A stretch of 44,881 bases of DNA from Pseudomonadota bacterium (GTDB taxonomy: Bacteria > Desulfobacterota > Anaeroferrophillalia > Anaeroferrophillales > Tharpellaceae). Location of the stretch: assembly GCA_034659215.1 (NCBI GenBank), contig JAYEGS010000147.1, positions 1-44,881 of the forward strand, given 5' to 3'. Below are positions 37,166 to 44,881 of the stretch, in pieces. The translations under genes were made by a program, and so were the position numbers. The notes beneath the pieces were generated by a model. It was not told where the DNA came from, did not search any database, and saw nothing but the letters and a program-made list of their open reading frames with translations. Positions within the stretch are counted from its first letter, which is position 1; the number at the start of each line of letters is the position of its first letter.

Positions 37166-40159
37166 TTAATCTTCATCCAACACCTGCCTGACAATTTTGG
37201 CAAACCCCTTTATGCTGATAGGTTTTTTAGCATATTTTTTGACGCCCATGGCCAAAGCCTCTTCTTCCGAAACGATGGAGCTGTAACCAGTACAGAGGAT
37301 AATCGGCATCGTGGGTTTTATTTTTAACACTTCCGAGGTTAACTCAACACCGGAAAGGTTGGGCATGCTCTGGTCGGTAATGATCAAATCAAATTGATCC
37401 GGATGATTATGGATTTCCGCCAAAGCCACCCGGCTGTCAGTTGTCGAGGTAACCTGATAGCCAAGCCGTTGCAAAAGCGTTTCGTGTAGTTTAAGAATAG
37501 CGACTTCGTCATCAACAACCATGATACGTTCCATACCGGTTAGTAACGTCCTGTTTTTTTCTGTCTCTTGTTGAGAACCAACAATCTTCCTTTCCAGGGC
37601 CGGTATGTAGACCTGAAAAGTGCTTCCATGCCCCGGCTCACTCTCGACCTCGATAAATCCGTCGCAACTCTCAACGATACCATGGATAACGGCAAGCCCG
37701 AGACCCGTTCCCTCACCAACCTCTTTGGTCGTGAAATAGGGGTCGAAAATCCGTTCTTTCGTAGCCTGATCCATACCACAACCGGTATCACTGACTGATA
37801 AAACTATAAATGAATCGGTAGACATTGCAGGTTCTCCTGTAGTCTCCTCGTGGTCTTTTTCCACACGCTGCAAGCTAACCTTCAAAGTTCCCTTTTGCTC
37901 TTTCATGGCGTGAAAGGCATTGGTACAGAGGTTCATTACAACTTGATGTAACTGAGTTGAGTCGGCCTCGACTTCACCACATTCAGGATCTACATCTTCG
38001 ACGATATTAACTGTTGTCGGCAGTGATGAGCGCAGCATTTTTAATGCTTCTTTGATCACAATATAGGGGTTTAAGGTCTGTATATTTTGTGGTTCCTTAC
38101 GACTGAATGTGAGAATTTGTTTAACCAGATCTTTGGCCCTCTTACCTGATGCAATAACCTGGTCAATATCTTTTTTGGCGTTACTACCATCGGGAAGATC
38201 AAGTAGTGTAAGTTCCGAAAAACCTAAAATAGAGGTTAGAATATTGTTAAAGTCATGAGCAATTCCGCCCGCAAGTGTGCCAACAGCTTCCATCTTCTGA
38301 GACTGTGCAAGTTGCTCCTCAAGCTCTTTTTTAAGTTGTTGTGATTTTTTTAAGGGGGTAACATCCCTTTTTACGGCAATGAAATTGGTGATCTGGTTAT
38401 CATCGTCAAAAATGGGTGAAATTGTTGCCTCCTCATAATAATCGCTACCATCTTTTTTCCGATTGATAAACTCGCCCTGCCAGGTTCTGCCTGCCAACAA
38501 AGTTTTCCACATATTTTGATAAAAATCGCTGCTATGTTGACCACTTTTTAATACCCTGGGGTTTTGACCGATCGCCTCATCACGTGAATAACCGGTTATT
38601 CTGACAAAAGCCGGGTTTACATATTGGATAGTTCCTTTAGAATCGGTGATGACTATAGTTTCACCGGATTGCTCAACCGCCCGTTCAAGACGCTGGCGGG
38701 CTTTTTCAGCCTTTTTACGTTTACTGATGTCGCGAAAGGACTCAACAACGCCAAGATCCTCTCCCGATTTATCAATGATTGGTGCTATCGCAACCTCATA
38801 GTTTTGCTCATTACCGTCGGCATCACAATAAGTACGCTCGACAATCAGGACTGCATGATCTATCTTTTTTGTCGACAATGGACATTGAAAGTCATCTCCT
38901 GAACAGGGCTGTTTCCGGCCGTGGAAATATTCATAACAATTTATACCATCAACAAATTGCCCATCCTGTCTGCCACCGACAATTTTCCGAGCCGCGCGAT
39001 TGCTTAGAGTAATCTTGTAATCACGAGAAATCACCATAATAGGATCGGGATTGGCATCAATAACCGTCTGGAGAAAATCCCGTGATTGCTGTAAGGCAGC
39101 CTGGGCTTGCATCTTAACTCGCAACTTTTGAATATAGGCAAAAACTACAAAAGCCATTACGATAAAAATTAACAACCCGATAAAAGTAGCCCAGTGAGCT
39201 CGAAAAATGTCTTTAAATGTGATTTCACCATAATGTTCATAAGGCGTGATGCGAAGTATCTTCAAACATTCATGAACTGATTGATAGTTTTGCGGGATCG
39301 TCCAGGCCGGACAGGTCAGGTTTTTCTCATTTTTATTGGTATCGCCTAAAGTTAACAGGGTTGCAACCACTTTCTCCGCCAAACCTTCATCAGTGTGCGC
39401 GAGTTTAGCCAAAGGCCATTCAGGATAGAGACGGGTCGAATGGAGCAGAGAGAAGCCGGGAGTCGCCAGGGGCTGCCCGAGAACCTGAAAATCAGCCAAC
39501 TTTATAGTGCCTTCCCGACTCATCCTTTCCAGGGTACCGCTACGTACGGTTCCGACATCGACTCGACCTTCCTGCACGGCTTTGACGACGGCATCGTGAG
39601 TCAGGCCAAATTCCAGAGAGCTGCAATCTTTGGCCGGATCAATCTCGTTTTCCAGGAGTTTGCGCCGGGCCATATGCCAGCCGCCAAACGAGTTTTTATG
39701 AACCGCCATAAATCGTTTGCCGACAATTTGTGACAAAGTCTTGAGATCTTCGCGCCCGGAACGACTGAAAATAACGCCCCCAAAAAAAGTTTTACAGGTT
39801 TGCCCGTGACAATCCTTATACTTTATAGTGGCGATACGTTGAGCCCCATAGCGGGCTTCGATTGTGGCGTAACAGGCGGGGTTCACCAGAACAAATTCAA
39901 CCTCTCCGGATTCGACGGCAGGATAAATTTCGTCAAAACCCAGGGGTTTTATGATAAAGGTGTATTTTTCTAACTGGTTATTCAGAAAAATGGTCGTTGG
40001 CTCCCAGCGCTCAAGACAATGCTCTCTACCGCAATGCGCCAACACACCAAACCTGATAGTTTCCTGAGCACTCAGGTAAGAAGGAAAAAGAGAGAATCCA
40101 ACAACAGTTAGCAGAAGTATTTTTGCGAACTTCAACAAGACTATTTTTTTGATCTTCAT
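37166..40159 (-). CDS. Hybrid sensor histidine kinase (PhnD-type periplasmic binding domain, TM, 2 PAS, HisKA, HATPase, receiver)
   Basis: Signal peptide; THDAVV.AV..G.VDVGTVRSGTLE; GGIAHDFNN; NLCTNA; DTGCG; FTTK..G.GTGLGL; VVDDE..IITDQSMP; start may be 40159 or 40198. Confidence 0.93.
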   Translation of the reverse strand: MKIKKIVLLKFAKILLLTVVGFSLFPSYLSAQETIRFGVLAHCGREHCLERWEPTTIFLNNQLEKYTFIIKPLGFDEIYPAVESGEVEFVLVNPACYATIEARYGAQRIATIKYKDCHGQTCKTFFGGVIFSRSGREDLKTLSQIVGKRFMAVHKNSFGGWHMARRKLLENEIDPAKDCSSLEFGLTHDAVVKAVQEGRVDVGTVRSGTLERMSREGTIKLADFQVLGQPLATPGFSLLHSTRLYPEWPLAKLAHTDEGLAEKVVATLLTLGDTNKNEKNLTCPAWTIPQNYQSVHECLKILRITPYEHYGEITFKDIFRAHWATFIGLLIFIVMAFVVFAYIQKLRVKMQAQAALQQSRDFLQTVIDANPDPIMVISRDYKITLSNRAARKIVGGRQDGQFVDGINCYEYFHGRKQPCSGDDFQCPLSTKKIDHAVLIVERTYCDADGNEQNYEVAIAPIIDKSGEDLGVVESFRDISKRKKAEKARQRLERAVEQSGETIVITDSKGTIQYVNPAFVRITGYSRDEAIGQNPRVLKSGQHSSDFYQNMWKTLLAGRTWQGEFINRKKDGSDYYEEATISPIFDDDNQITNFIAVKRDVTPLKKSQQLKKELEEQLAQSQKMEAVGTLAGGIAHDFNNILTSILGFSELTLLDLPDGSNAKKDIDQVIASGKRAKDLVKQILTFSRKEPQNIQTLNPYIVIKEALKMLRSSLPTTVNIVEDVDPECGEVEADSTQLHQVVMNLCTNAFHAMKEQKGTLKVSLQRVEKDHEETTGEPAMSTDSFIVLSVSDTGCGMDQATKERIFDPYFTTKEVGEGTGLGLAVIHGIVESCDGFIEVESEPGHGSTFQVYIPALERKIVGSQQETEKNRTLLTGMERIMVVDDEVAILKLHETLLQRLGYQVTSTTDSRVALAEIHNHPDQFDLIITDQSMPNLSGVELTSEVLKIKPTMPIILCTGYSSIVSEEEALAMGVKKYAKKPISIKGFAKIVRQVLDED

Positions 40160-40194
40160 GGACTTTTCCCCAAAAAAAACTAACATTGAATATC

Positions 40195-40458
40195 TCAATT
40201 TTCCGCCCTACCACTAACAAGGGCTCTGCCAACAAAAGTTCTAACCATTTTCTCGTCATCCATGACCAGTATTCGACCCTGCCCGGTTACCGGAGAGACA
40301 ACAACATCTTTTTGCTCAAGCACGGGCCTCTCTGAGGATGCGGGAAGATAAATTGTAAAAGTCGTTCCTTGGCCAGGTTCGGAATCAACACTTATGTAGC
40401 CACCATGTTTGCTGACGATGGAGTGAGTTCTCCCTTGGCATTTGACAACCTCAACCAT
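40195..40458 (-). pseudogene. Remnant of a second hybrid histidine kinase (end of HATPase + first strand of receiver)
   Basis: HSIVSKHGGYISVDSEPGQGTTFTIYLPAS..GRILVMDDEKMVR with non-homologous sequence on both sides. Confidence 0.8.
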
Positions 40459-40544
40459 TCAAGTAAAAAGTAGTTTTAAGATGTATATATTGTAAAACTT
40501 AAAGCACATCCGTCTGCCAAACACAACCTCATTTCGACCAAGTC

Positions 40545-41087
40545 TCACACATTCATTAACAAATACTCTGCCTCGTGTCGGTGCAGAGCCCCTTTTGGGG
40601 TCAGGATACTGGAGTAGAGATGAAAGCTGGATACGGTGAATTCCGGCAGGCGAAAAAGGGCGTGATCGCCAAGAAAGCGAGTGACTCTGGTCAATGGGGT
40701 TTTGGGGGTGCGGGCCAGCGTGATGTGGGGTGAAAATTTACGATATTCGGAAGGGATACCAAGTTTGGCAAGAAAACTGTCGACCTTTTTTCTCAATCTC
40801 ATAAGCTCAACCGATTCTTCTATCCCCACCCAAAGCACCCGAGGATCCCGGCGCGGCGGGAAACAGCCCAATCCCTGCAAAAGCAGGGAAAAAGAGCTGC
40901 CGCTTACTGATTCCAAGCCGCTCTTGAGCTCCTGAAAAAGAGCCCCATCGACCTCTCCGATAAATCGTAAAGTCAAATGAAGCTGCTCCGGCTTAACCCA
41001 ACGGGCTTGGGGCAAGCCGAAACTGATCAAGGCAAGTTCGTCCTTAATCTTCTCCGGCAGATCAATAGCAATAAAGAGTCGCATCAT
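40545..41087 (-). CDS. thpR: RNA 2',3'-cyclic phosphodiesterase (2H family)
   Basis: MRLFIAIDLP, RWV...HLTLRFIG, PRVLW, FSPHITLAR, S.L...G. Confidence 0.92.
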   Translation of the reverse strand: MMRLFIAIDLPEKIKDELALISFGLPQARWVKPEQLHLTLRFIGEVDGALFQELKSGLESVSGSSFSLLLQGLGCFPPRRDPRVLWVGIEESVELMRLRKKVDSFLAKLGIPSEYRKFSPHITLARTPKTPLTRVTRFLGDHALFRLPEFTVSSFHLYSSILTPKGALHRHEAEYLLMNV

Positions 41088-41098
41088 CAATTTTGATT

Positions 41099-42361
41099 CT
41101 ACCCGGCAACAAAGATTTCAACCAGAATCAGACTTAAGAGAGGAAAATAGGTTATAATCAGAAGCGTAAGCAAAAGGAGGCCGACAAAAGGCAGAGTGGC
41201 TCGATAGAGCTCGGCGATAGGCCGCTCAAAACGATAGCTGGCGAGAAAAAGGTTGAGCCCTACCGGCGGCGTGCAGTAACCGATCTGGAGATTGGTGAGA
41301 AAAATAATACCCAGATGGATAAGGTCAACATCATAGGCTTGAGCTATCGGCACGATCAGCGGAACCACCAAAACCAGAGCCGAGAAGATATCGAGCAAAG
41401 CTCCGACCAGCAAAAGAAAGATATTTAAGACCATCAGAAATGTATATTTATTGGTAATATACTCCCTGATCCACTCAAAGAGGCGTTGGGGAACCTCCTG
41501 ATCGACAAGAAAATTAGTAGATGCCATTGAGGCGGCCAGAACCACGAGGATGCCGCCGAAAAGAACCATGCTATGAACCATGATTTTCAGCAGCTGAGAC
41601 AGTGAAATATCCCTATAAATAAAGACTTCGACGACTAAAACATAGAGGGCGGTTACGGCTGCCGCCTCACCAACCACGAGAAAACCGCCATAGATTCCCC
41701 CGAGGACAACAACCGGCAGCGGCAACTCCCAGGCTACCTCTCTTAAAACCTCAACCAGCTCACGCTTCGAAGTTACTGCCGGCGTTTTTTTCACCCCCCG
41801 TCCCTGCCGGACACAATAACCGGCCAGCAGCAGGAGCATGACAAGTCCGGGCAGGATCCCGGCTAGGAAAAGTTGATCGATACGCGCCCCGGAGATGACT
41901 CCATACAGAATAAGCGGCAGACTCGGCGGGAAGAGGAGCCCTAAGCTCCCGGATGAGGTTAAAAGACCGAGGGAGAAACGTTCAGGATAGTTATCTTTAA
42001 GCAGAGCCGGGAAAAGAATCCCGCCGACGGCAAAAATCGTCACCCCGGAGGCTCCGGTAAAGGCGGTAAAAATTGCACAGACAAATAGCGAAACCACGGC
42101 CAAACCGCCGGGCAGCCAACCCAGCAAACCTTGCGAGAGTTTTAATAATCTTTGCGGTGTACCCGATTCCGAAAGCAGGCTCCCGGCAAAGATAAAGAGG
42201 GGCAGAGAGAGTAAAAGAGGGGTGTCCGCCAAACGCGACATCTCGATCACGACAACTGAGAGATCGATACCAACGCCATAAAAAGAGATCAGGGCCAGAG
42301 CCGCAATCACCACAAACAGCGGGCTGCCAAGCAGGGCCAAGGCAAAAATTATAAATTTCAT
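41099..42361 (-). CDS. dctM: TRAP transporter large permease
   Basis: LPLFIFAG, GGLA, FTAFTGASGVTI, GSLGLLFPPS, IGYCTPPVGLNLF. Confidence 0.93.
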   Translation of the reverse strand: MKFIIFALALLGSPLFVVIAALALISFYGVGIDLSVVVIEMSRLADTPLLLSLPLFIFAGSLLSESGTPQRLLKLSQGLLGWLPGGLAVVSLFVCAIFTAFTGASGVTIFAVGGILFPALLKDNYPERFSLGLLTSSGSLGLLFPPSLPLILYGVISGARIDQLFLAGILPGLVMLLLLAGYCVRQGRGVKKTPAVTSKRELVEVLREVAWELPLPVVVLGGIYGGFLVVGEAAAVTALYVLVVEVFIYRDISLSQLLKIMVHSMVLFGGILVVLAASMASTNFLVDQEVPQRLFEWIREYITNKYTFLMVLNIFLLLVGALLDIFSALVLVVPLIVPIAQAYDVDLIHLGIIFLTNLQIGYCTPPVGLNLFLASYRFERPIAELYRATLPFVGLLLLTLLIITYFPLLSLILVEIFVAG

Positions 42362-42885
42362 CAGGTTGATCCGGAGATTGATCTTGATATGCTGCTTTTG
42401 GGGTACAGCAGGGTAACCCCATTACCAAAAACTTTAGCCGAAAAACGCGCTGTCATTAAAGCAAAAGCGAACGGAAAGATGAGGTTCCAGGCCCAAACGG
42501 GAATGCCGACAAGTTCTCGCCCGGAGCCAAAGGCAATCTCATTTTTGATAAATAAGAAAGCGGCCCAAGTAAGAAAACCACAGACCACTGCGGCAAAGAG
42601 ATTGAGAACCAGGTTGAGCCAGAGAAGCCCTCGGACCGGCAATAGATGAGAAAAAATATCGATCGTAATGTGTTTGCCATATCGGGTTGCCAGAGCCGCT
42701 CCGAGCATCCCGACCCAGAGGACAAGATGCCGTAACAGAGGATCGGCCCAAACCAAACCACTGTCAAAAAGGATACGCATGAAAATCTGGAGAGAAGCGA
42801 GAAAAATCATAGCCAGCAGAAGAAAAGAGATAAAGATCTCTTCGATCTGGTTGAAGCGGCGGCCAAAATTTTTCAGAATTTTCAA
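42361..42885 (-). CDS. dctQ: TRAP transporter small permease
   Basis: 4 TM, QIFMR, W...L.R.LVLW...LGA.LA...KHI.ID; TGATG overlap with dctM. Confidence 0.9.
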   Translation of the reverse strand: MKILKNFGRRFNQIEEIFISFLLLAMIFLASLQIFMRILFDSGLVWADPLLRHLVLWVGMLGAALATRYGKHITIDIFSHLLPVRGLLWLNLVLNLFAAVVCGFLTWAAFLFIKNEIAFGSGRELVGIPVWAWNLIFPFAFALMTARFSAKVFGNGVTLLYPKSSISRSISGST

Positions 42886-42909
42886 GTAAACGATCCTCTT
42901 TTCACGCCA

Positions 42910-43953
42910 TCAGGGGTGGGATTTACGATAATTATTGAGAATGCTCGTCAGTTCATTATAGATTTCGGCGGAAAAATATTTCCCGACAATCTCCGCCACA
43001 ACCTGATCACGAAGCCCGATCAGAACCGGGTTGGCGGCAGGATCCGCTGTTATCACGCTAATCCCGTTGGCCTTTAGCGTCTCCAGGGCTTCGACATTGG
43101 TACGCCGGGTATCATCTTTAAGTTTTTCGGAAAAATATTTTCCGGCCGCCTGCTTGATGATGGCAAGATGGCTTTCAGGCAATCGATCAAGGGCTTTCTT
43201 GTCAAAAACCAGACCCCCATAAGCATAAGCAAAGGGAACATCGGTAATATATTTGATCTTGGTGAACCACTGCAGGATAATCGATCCGTAATAGCCATTA
43301 AAAACCGTATTAACCATACCGGTCTGCAGAGAGACCAGAACATCCGGCAAAGAGAGCGGAATCGGGGAAATTCCGACCGCTTCCATAAAAGCCAGACTGA
43401 TCGGGTCGCCTTCCGGACTCCAGCTTTTGCTCTTCCTGAGCTCCTCAAGGGTAGAGATCGGAATCGTCGACATCGTATAGATGAAACCAACTTCAGACAT
43501 CGCAATAAGAACCATATTTTTCTCGGCAAAAGCTTCAACATAGCGCGGCATCAGTTTTTCCAGAACTTCATCAACCTCCTCGTAGGATTGAAAAAGATAG
43601 GGAATACCCATAACCCGAAAATCGGGGACAATCTCACCAATGCCGGTCATCGTGAAACCGGCACCCTGGAGTTGGCCGATCTTCATTTTACGAAACATCG
43701 CCCGATCATCGCCCATAACGCCGCCGGGATAGACTTTAAAACCGATTTCTCCCCCGCTCTTTTCTTTGATCTCCTGGACAAACTGATCAAAACGCAGAGC
43801 CCAGATGCTACCTTCGGGAGCCAGGCTGGCCATCTTAAAAAGATATTTCGGCCGTTTGGCCTCCACCTCGCCAACAACCATAAAGCAATTAGAGAACAGA
43901 ATGAACAGCAAAAACAAAAGACCGAAACAATAACTTTTTTTCCACAATCGCAT
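42910..43953 (-). CDS. dctP: TRAP substrate-binding protein, TPAT-type (TatP_T-like)
   Basis: Signal peptide; ASLAPEGSIW, YPGGVMGDD, KMKIGQLQG, SLQTGMV. Confidence 0.9.
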   Translation of the reverse strand: MRLWKKSYCFGLLFLLFILFSNCFMVVGEVEAKRPKYLFKMASLAPEGSIWALRFDQFVQEIKEKSGGEIGFKVYPGGVMGDDRAMFRKMKIGQLQGAGFTMTGIGEIVPDFRVMGIPYLFQSYEEVDEVLEKLMPRYVEAFAEKNMVLIAMSEVGFIYTMSTIPISTLEELRKSKSWSPEGDPISLAFMEAVGISPIPLSLPDVLVSLQTGMVNTVFNGYYGSIILQWFTKIKYITDVPFAYAYGGLVFDKKALDRLPESHLAIIKQAAGKYFSEKLKDDTRRTNVEALETLKANGISVITADPAANPVLIGLRDQVVAEIVGKYFSAEIYNELTSILNNYRKSHP

Positions 43954-43968
43954 AATTTAAAATTCCTT

Positions 43969-44134
43969 TAACTTGCTCCTGAAAGTCTGTCATAAAAAAC
44001 AAGAAAAATTTCCAACTATCTAGATGTGGGGACAGACCTCCAGGCAGGGCTTTAGCCCGTGCCGGGCTGAGCTCTGTCCCCCTCGAAGTGGGCGAAGCGA
44101 TATTCACTCTAACTTCATCTACTTAAACAGTTAC
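43969..44134 (-). mobile_element. MITE-like element family B, copy 4 (reverse orientation, one end decayed)
   Basis: Minus strand GTAACTGTTTAAG...GTGAATATCGCTTCGCCCACTTCGAGGGGGACAGAGCTCAGCCCGGCACGGGCTAAAGCCCTGCCTGGAGGTCTGTCCCCACATCTAGA; closest to copy 1; low-coordinate boundary uncertain. Confidence 0.78.
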
Positions 44135-44140
44135 AATCCT

Positions 44141-44881
44141 TTAAAAAATATCGTCAATCCGCTCTAAAAGCTCAGTCGCCTTTTTCCGGGCCAAACGGTT
44201 GGCGGTTGCCATCTCCTTATCAACCAGCGGCTGCGAGACAACTTCCTTGAGAAGCGTTTCAAAAAGCTCTCGATTAAAGGTTTGCCGGGCATAACCATCA
44301 GCATAAGCAACCTGGGCCGGCCAAAATTGGCGCCGGCTTAAAGTCAAAGCCCGCTCAAAATGGCGGCGACCGACTTCCGGCTTACCTCCCAACATCGGCG
44401 ACAATGAACAGTAGATACTCCCCAACACGAGATGAGCCGAACCGAAACAGGTAGACTCATCAAGTTCAATCACCCTTAACATCATCTCTTCAACTTTCGG
44501 CAGATCGGCCATGGCCGCAGGACTTCCTCCCTGCAATTTAATCCACAAAGCCCAAGCCTGCCCGCCCAAAAAGAGATCAAGCGCATCAGCTTTGGCAAAA
44601 GATGACAATGATTGTTTAAAAGCGGCCAGCGGCTGTTTGATGTTTTCCTTAAATTTTTGCTTTCGACCGAGCAGTTCGAAACCGTAACGCCTGGCCTTTT
44701 CACTGGCCAGCCGAGCCCTCTCGGGTTTACCGGTTTCATCAAGCAAGATCGCATAAGCGCTAAAGGCCCGGGTTCCGGTTCTGAGCAATGCCGGATTGCC
44801 GGGATCTGACTTGATAAAGCCATTGATCATCAAAAGCAGCGTCGGGCTGCCTTCGACAAGCAAATCAATATCGGTCTCCTG
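44141..44881 (-). CDS. TRAP transporter TatT component (TPR-like), 5'-truncated by window edge
   Basis: Frame open to the edge (QETDIDLLVEGSP..); AMADLPKV..M.RV.ELDE...G.AH..LG..Y...PMLGG..E....HFERAL; upstream of dctPQM. Confidence 0.87.
   Translation of the reverse strand, partial: QETDIDLLVEGSPTLLLMINGFIKSDPGNPALLRTGTRAFSAYAILLDETGKPERARLASEKARRYGFELLGRKQKFKENIKQPLAAFKQSLSSFAKADALDLFLGGQAWALWIKLQGGSPAAMADLPKVEEMMLRVIELDESTCFGSAHLVLGSIYCSLSPMLGGKPEVGRRHFERALTLSRRQFWPAQVAYADGYARQTFNRELFETLLKEVVSQPLVDKEMATANRLARKKATELLERIDDIF

Noticed and set aside
43168-43971. 267-aa plus-strand ORF
   Set aside because: Antisense shadow of dctP with no recognisable motifs

Overview
Mostly core genome of a probable deltaproteobacterium (Desulfobacterota-like; inferred from gene content such as ftsH-folP-cdaA-cdaR-glmM, CIRCE-controlled rpoH, MutL with endonuclease motifs and DUF3786). 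About 37 protein-coding genes, left to right: a Pat-type acyl-CoA synthetase/GNAT fusion (cut by the left edge), rpoH, an acyl-CoA ligase, recD2 + small membrane protein + InaA-like kinase, ChaN-PDZ, MFS, a diguanylate cyclase, plsC, an ArsA/GET3-like ATPase, pgsA, ihfB, der, ftsH-kinase-folP-cdaA-cdaR-glmM, a minus-strand run ispG-DUF1232-mutL-lipoprotein-trxB-pcm-rpoS-dxs, ygbA, an acyltransferase, a hybrid histidine kinase plus a kinase remnant, and a TatT-DctP-DctQ-DctM (TPAT) transporter followed by thpR. I recognised no rRNA, tRNA, CRISPR array or transposase. The most unusual signal is non-coding: at least five unrelated families of short palindromic interspersed elements fill most of the larger intergenic gaps. 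One (~166 bp, 4 copies) has GTAACT(A/G)TTCAGC terminal inverted repeats, an 8-bp target duplication and an internal fold that is kept while its sequence changes, and it supplies the C-terminus of IspG. Another (~127 bp, 2 copies) has co-varying arms and overlaps the stop codon of the upstream gene in both copies. I found no clearly new protein-coded system; the repeats and a few odd gene couplings are the best leads.
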